A DNA stretch of 37,433 bases from a virus, in IMG/VR virus record IMGVR_UViG_3300031853_000122, one strand, 5' to 3'. Under the pieces are notes generated by a model, which worked only from the letters and a program-made list of their open reading frames with translations, was not told the DNA's origin and searched no databases. The translations under genes were made by a program, and so were the position numbers. Numbering within the stretch: position 1 is the stretch's first letter; the number at the start of each line of letters is the position of its first letter. Positions 34,335 through 37,433 of this stretch are shown here, in pieces.

Positions 34335-35273
34335 ATGAAGAAAATTATTGATGTTTCTCAGTGGCAGGGGCGTATATCCTCTGCCAACTGGGACGAAATC
34401 AAAAAGTCAGTTGATGGTGTTATAATTCGCTTTGGCTATCGTGGATACGGTAACGGCGCTCTCAAACTGGATACCGAGTTCACAAATAACCTTAACGCCT
34501 GCAAGCTGAGGGGTATTCCTTACGGCTTTTACTTCTTCACGCAGGCGGTAAATGCCGCAGAAGCACAGGAAGAAGTTGCAATGATATGCAAGGTTGCTGA
34601 CATAAAGGCGGCAGAGCTTGGCGTATGGTGCGACAGTGAGACTTCCAATGACGGTAAGGGACGTGGTGACGTTCTCACCCGTGAACAGCGTACCATTGCC
34701 AATAAAGCCTTTATCGACTGTGTAAACGCCCGAGGCAGTAACGGCGGTTTATACTGCAACTACTACTGGCTGAGGGATAACCTCAACGCCGATGTATTCA
34801 AGCAGTATCCTTTCTGGCTTGCTTGCTATATGAGCAAACCGTTATACAGCGGTGATAATCTGTACTTATGGCAGTTCACGTCCCTCAATGGCTTTAATAT
34901 CAAGGGCTTTGGAAAGAGCCTTGACTGCAACTGGCAGTATAAAGGCTTTGGCTCACAGCCTGCACAGCCCGTCAAAAAGTCCAACGAGGAGCTTGCGCAG
35001 GAAGTCATGGACGGTAAGTGGGGCAATGGCACAGACCGTAAACAGCGCCTTACAGCCGCAGGCTATGACTATTCAGCGGTTCAGAAGCTTGTTAATCAGA
35101 TCGTGGCAGAGCGTGATAAACCGAAATTTGTCACCTACACCGTAAAGCGTGGTGATACTCTTTCGGCAATTGCCCGTATATTCGGCACAACAGTTACAAA
35201 AATTGTCAAGGATAACGGTATAATTAATCCGAACCTCATCTATCTGGGACAGACTATCAAAATATACAAATAA
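34335..35273 (+). CDS. Endolysin: GH25 muramidase + Cpl-7-like repeat + LysM
   Basis: IIDVSQWQGRISSANWDEIKKSVDGVIIRFGYRG is GH25. GKWGNGTDRKQRLTAAGYDYSAVQKLVN is CW_7-like. YTVKRGDTLSAIARIFGTTVTKIVKDNGI...GQTIKI is LysM. Confidence 0.85.
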   Translation: MKKIIDVSQWQGRISSANWDEIKKSVDGVIIRFGYRGYGNGALKLDTEFTNNLNACKLRGIPYGFYFFTQAVNAAEAQEEVAMICKVADIKAAELGVWCDSETSNDGKGRGDVLTREQRTIANKAFIDCVNARGSNGGLYCNYYWLRDNLNADVFKQYPFWLACYMSKPLYSGDNLYLWQFTSLNGFNIKGFGKSLDCNWQYKGFGSQPAQPVKKSNEELAQEVMDGKWGNGTDRKQRLTAAGYDYSAVQKLVNQIVAERDKPKFVTYTVKRGDTLSAIARIFGTTVTKIVKDNGIINPNLIYLGQTIKIYK

Positions 35274-35300
35274 TCTCACCTTACATTGTACTAATTGACT

Positions 35301-35534
35301 ATGAATAGATTTAATAACATATCCAACACTCAGTTAATATCACTTATTGATAACTGGATTAAGTCAGAACGAGACCGAGAGATCATGAAACGCAGGCTCA
35401 TTGACGGTATTACCATAAAAAGACTTGCAGAAGAATTCAACCTCTCTGTTAAACAGGCACACAGGATCACCATAAAATACAGCGATTATCTATATTCACT
35501 CTGTAACGAGTGGGTGACGATAAACTGTACATAA
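35301..35534 (+). CDS. Small sigma-region-4-like HTH protein
   Basis: REIMKRRLIDGITIKRLAEEFNLSVKQAHRITIKY. Confidence 0.5.
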   Translation: MNRFNNISNTQLISLIDNWIKSERDREIMKRRLIDGITIKRLAEEFNLSVKQAHRITIKYSDYLYSLCNEWVTINCT

Positions 35535-35547
35535 AATGTCTAAAAAG

Positions 35548-35584
35548 AGGCTATTCAACGTCATTGTTGGATAGCCTTTTTTTA
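35548..35584 (+). terminator. Rho-independent terminator
   Basis: AGGCTATTCAAC pairs with GTTGGATAGCCT (one mismatch), followed by TTTTTTT. Confidence 0.75.
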
Positions 35585-35607
35585 TATACTGAGGTTAGGT
35601 GATATAA

Positions 35608-35718
35608 ATGTTCGTGAAATTCTGCAACAATCCCCGTGGAAACCTCAGAGCCGGGGACTGGCTGGACAGCTGGGACAGCGGAGCAGAATGCCCTATATAC
35701 TACTACACAAAGGAGTGA
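35608..35718 (+). CDS. Possible 36-aa leader ORF
   Basis: ATG lies 6 nt after AGGTGA. Translation is MFVKFCNNPRGNLRAGDWLDSWDSGAECPIYYYTKE. It stops 4 nt before the next ATG. Confidence 0.25.
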   Translation: MFVKFCNNPRGNLRAGDWLDSWDSGAECPIYYYTKE

Positions 35719-35722
35719 TATC

Positions 35723-36100
35723 ATGCCTTACTATGGCTTTAACCCGTATATGCAACAGTATCAGCAGCCACAGCAGACAAACTTCGTACACGTTCAGAAC
35801 GAAATGCAAGCAAGAGAGTGGGCTATTGCTCCAAATTCGTCAATAACTTTTATTGATGATAATCAACCTTATTTCTATACAAAATCAATGGGCGTTTCTC
35901 AGTTTGAACCACCTGTATTCAAGCGGTATCGAATAGTTGAGGATATTACCCCTGAGAACGTCCAGAATGTCCCACAAGTGCCCTCTGAGCCTTTAGGGGA
36001 TAACTTGCCCGAGTATATGACAAAGGCTGAATTTGAGCCGTTTAAAACGCTGTTACAAAAGATAGAAAAGGAGCTGTATACAGATGAACCCACTGAATAA
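35723..36100 (+). CDS. Hypothetical Gln/Pro-rich N-terminus protein (moron region)
   Basis: ATG follows AAAGGAG. Translation begins MPYYGFNPYMQQYQQPQQTNFVHVQNEMQAREWAIAPNSSITFID. Confidence 0.6.
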   Translation: MPYYGFNPYMQQYQQPQQTNFVHVQNEMQAREWAIAPNSSITFIDDNQPYFYTKSMGVSQFEPPVFKRYRIVEDITPENVQNVPQVPSEPLGDNLPEYMTKAEFEPFKTLLQKIEKELYTDEPTE

Positions 36101-36278
36101 TAATTCTCAGCCTCAGAACCCTAAGGAGCAGGCATTGAACCTACTGAAACAGCAGGGGATAACCGTGCCGCATGGTATGGAGAACAACCCACAGGCTATT
36201 ATACAGCACCTTATGCAGAGCGGCAGAGTTCCACAGGGACGGGTGCAGCAGATTATGAGTAGAATGTTTAGAAGATAA
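36084..36278 (+). CDS. Hypothetical small protein
   Basis: 64 aa, overlaps the upstream gene end and is followed by a terminator. Confidence 0.5.
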   Translation: MNPLNNNSQPQNPKEQALNLLKQQGITVPHGMENNPQAIIQHLMQSGRVPQGRVQQIMSRMFRR

Positions 36279-36282
36279 AAAA

Positions 36283-36325
36283 AGAACAGAGGTAACAGCC
36301 TCTGTTCTCCTTAGTTTTATTTTCT
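36283..36325 (+). terminator. Rho-independent terminator closing the rightward transcription unit
   Basis: AGAACAGAGG-TAACAG-CCTCTGTTCT followed by a T-rich run. Confidence 0.75.
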
Positions 36326-36354
36326 GCAAAAAAAAAAACCGCCTGCTAATCTCG

Positions 36355-36385
36355 TTGCATTAATATATTTTAGCAATGTTATTAT
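36355..36385 (+). promoter_or_regulatory. Candidate promoter of the Gly-rich small gene
   Basis: TTGCAT (36355-36360), then TGtTATTAT (extended -10; TATTAT at 36380-36385) with a 19-bp spacer. A roughly 120-nt hairpin-rich leader follows. Confidence 0.35.
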
Positions 36386-36507
36386 ATCACAAAGCAGGCG
36401 ATTTGTCAAGAATGTTCCCGACAATTATGTCGGTAACATAAATTTACCGGCTATCCTTAAGGAGATAGTCGCTTACCGGGATAATTCCCCGGAGAAAGGA
36501 GGAGCTT

Positions 36508-36609
36508 ATGGCTCTTACAGACGAAAATATGGTTTTACCCGTACAGCCTATGGGCTATGGTAACAACAACGGCGGCTTCGGATATATCCGTCAATCGTGG
36601 ACGGGCTGA
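36508..36609 (+). pseudogene. Truncated Gly-rich small protein gene (YjcZ-like N-terminus)
   Basis: Strong RBS GGAGAAAGGAGG. Translation begins MALTDENMVLPVQPMGYGNNNGGFG, then runs into antisense integrase sequence (YIRQSWTG-stop). No hydrophobic tail is present. Confidence 0.4.
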
Positions 36610-36835
36610 GAACGTTCCTCTTGCTGTCTATGTACTTATCAATGCACTCACCGACTGTCAGACGTTTTCGGGGAGCTGAACGGCGTTCAAGTTGAAACTG
36701 CCGTGCCATTAGTTCAGCTTCTGCCTTGCCACGCTTGCCGGGAAGCTGTGAAGTGAAGCTGACATATTTACCTGTTGTTTTATCGTACACTCTGCATCGC
36801 CAAGAGCCAGACGGGAGCTGCTTTGCTGTTGCCAT
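36548..36835 (-). pseudogene. int: Tyrosine integrase N-terminal stub (arm-binding and start of the core-binding domain only)
   Basis: MATAKQLPSGSWRCRVYDKTTGKYVSFTSQLPGKRGKAEAELMARQF...VLSPSTIDGYIRS is a typical Firmicute phage integrase N-terminus. The catalytic R..HxxR..Y domain is absent and similarity ends near 36585. Confidence 0.7.
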
Positions 36836-36882
36836 AGTATCACCTCTTAAAAATTCCCTCTGTGAAAGAGGGGATAATCTAT

Positions 36883-37290
36883 TTATAGTAAGATAATAAG
36901 CGCAAGTGCAACTAATATCTTGATTATTAATATTCCTGCACTGCTTTTTATATCAACCTTTATCTGCGGTATAAAAACACAAGCAGCAGCGCAGGTGATT
37001 AGTCCTTTATACATACCTTCGCCCGAATTGCTAAAGGCTACAACAATTCTAATCAATCCGAAAAACATACACAAACCGAATAGCAGCCAACTATCTGTAT
37101 AGTATGATTTTGGCAGTTCGTATTCCTGCTGATGTGGTGGAGCTTGTCTGTATTGAGGCGGCGGTACTTGTCTGTATTGTTGTGGGGGTGGCTGCTGAGG
37201 TTGGAATATCGGCTGTGTAGCTCCGCAGTAAGGGCAAGTTGAAACACCATCTCTTATTGGCTCTTTACATTTTACACAATACATACTCAT
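36883..37290 (-). CDS. Zinc-ribbon, Pro/Gln-rich membrane protein of the lysogeny module
   Basis: CVKCKEPIRDGVSTCPYCG, then QPQQPPPQQYRQVPPPQYRQAPP, then two TM segments. ATGA coupling to the repressor gene. The 13-nt repeat CTTGTCTGTATTG occurs at 37143 and 37167. Confidence 0.65.
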   Translation of the reverse strand: MSMYCVKCKEPIRDGVSTCPYCGATQPIFQPQQPPPQQYRQVPPPQYRQAPPHQQEYELPKSYYTDSWLLFGLCMFFGLIRIVVAFSNSGEGMYKGLITCAAACVFIPQIKVDIKSSAGILIIKILVALALIILL

Positions 37291-37433
37291 TCCCCCTTTA
37301 TATCGAGTACCTTATTCATAAGTTTTTCAATAACTTCGTCTTTTCTCTGGACAACTCCTTCCCGAAAGTCCAGATTTTTTTCAAGTCGGTCAATTTGCTT
37401 TTGTAAATGGGCTATCCGCTTTTCAAAGTCGCT
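37287..37433 (-). CDS. 3' end of the CI-like repressor gene (same gene as 1-451, seen through the terminal repeat)
   Basis: ...EKLMNKVLDIKGE-stop, with TGA at 37289-37287. Confidence 0.6.
   Translation of the reverse strand, partial: SDFEKRIAHLQKQIDRLEKNLDFREGVVQRKDEVIEKLMNKVLDIKGE
37307..37433. repeat. Terminal direct repeat, identical to 1-127
   Basis: 127/127 identity by hand comparison. Confidence 0.95.

Noticed and set aside
36340-36400. Minus-strand intrinsic terminator (CGCCTGCT...AGCAGGCG followed by T11 on the minus strand)
   Set aside because: The 44-nt loop is far too large for a canonical terminator. It is noted as part of the possibly host-derived segment instead.

Overview
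This window is one complete, circularly closed dsDNA phage genome. Bases 1-127 repeat exactly at 37307-37433, so the unique length is 37,306 bp. The layout is that of a temperate-type siphovirus of a Gram-positive host; a Clostridia-like host is inference only. Nearly all genes are on the + strand. In order: (1) an immunity switch at 1-1320, with a CI-like repressor on the - strand that reads across the circle junction and two XRE/Cro-like HTH genes on +; (2) a recombination/replication module at 2.7-8.2 kb, holding a Rad52-like annealase, a NinB-like gene, an HNH-like gene carrying an in-frame TAG, an unknown 229-aa gene, SSB, a DnaD-like replisome organiser with an internal palindrome plus iterons, a DnaC-like loader and a DUF1064 protein; (3) a methyltransferase/MazG block and about 15 small, often Cys-rich ORFs at 8.2-13.8 kb; (4) a 430-bp structured non-coding gap; (5) packaging, head and tail genes at 14.3-31.2 kb, namely a ParB-Dam fusion, TerS, TerL, portal, a MuF-like minor head protein, scaffold, capsid, connectors, major tail protein, G/GT chaperones with a T_TTT_TTC -1 slip site, tape measure, Dit and Tal; (6) lysis and fibre genes at 31.2-35.3 kb; (7) a small moron block; and (8) a decayed lysogeny end with an integrase N-terminal stub and a Zn-ribbon membrane protein. 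I recognised no tRNA, rRNA, CRISPR array or transposase. The observations most worth a second look are these. (a) The MuF minor head protein carries a C-terminal JAB/MPN-like metalloprotease domain (E..G, HNHPSG, S..D) and is followed by a 38-codon ORF. This fits a virion-delivered effector with a partner, of a type I cannot match to a described one. (b) An activator-type promoter/palindrome module occurs twice (4177-4270 and 9272-9366). The first copy drives an unknown protein that is followed by a 220-bp strongly G+T-skewed non-coding tract. (c) A truncated Avd-like four-helix-bundle gene is fused to a fibre-gene 3' remnant directly downstream of a fibre gene with a GC-rich, AAC-rich 3' end, which looks like a decayed diversity-generating retroelement. 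(d) An integrase stub is fused head-on to a truncated Gly-rich small gene that has its own promoter and leader, the geometry expected from aberrant excision. (e) A single in-frame amber codon splits an HNH-like gene. All functional calls rest on motif recognition by eye; no database search was possible.
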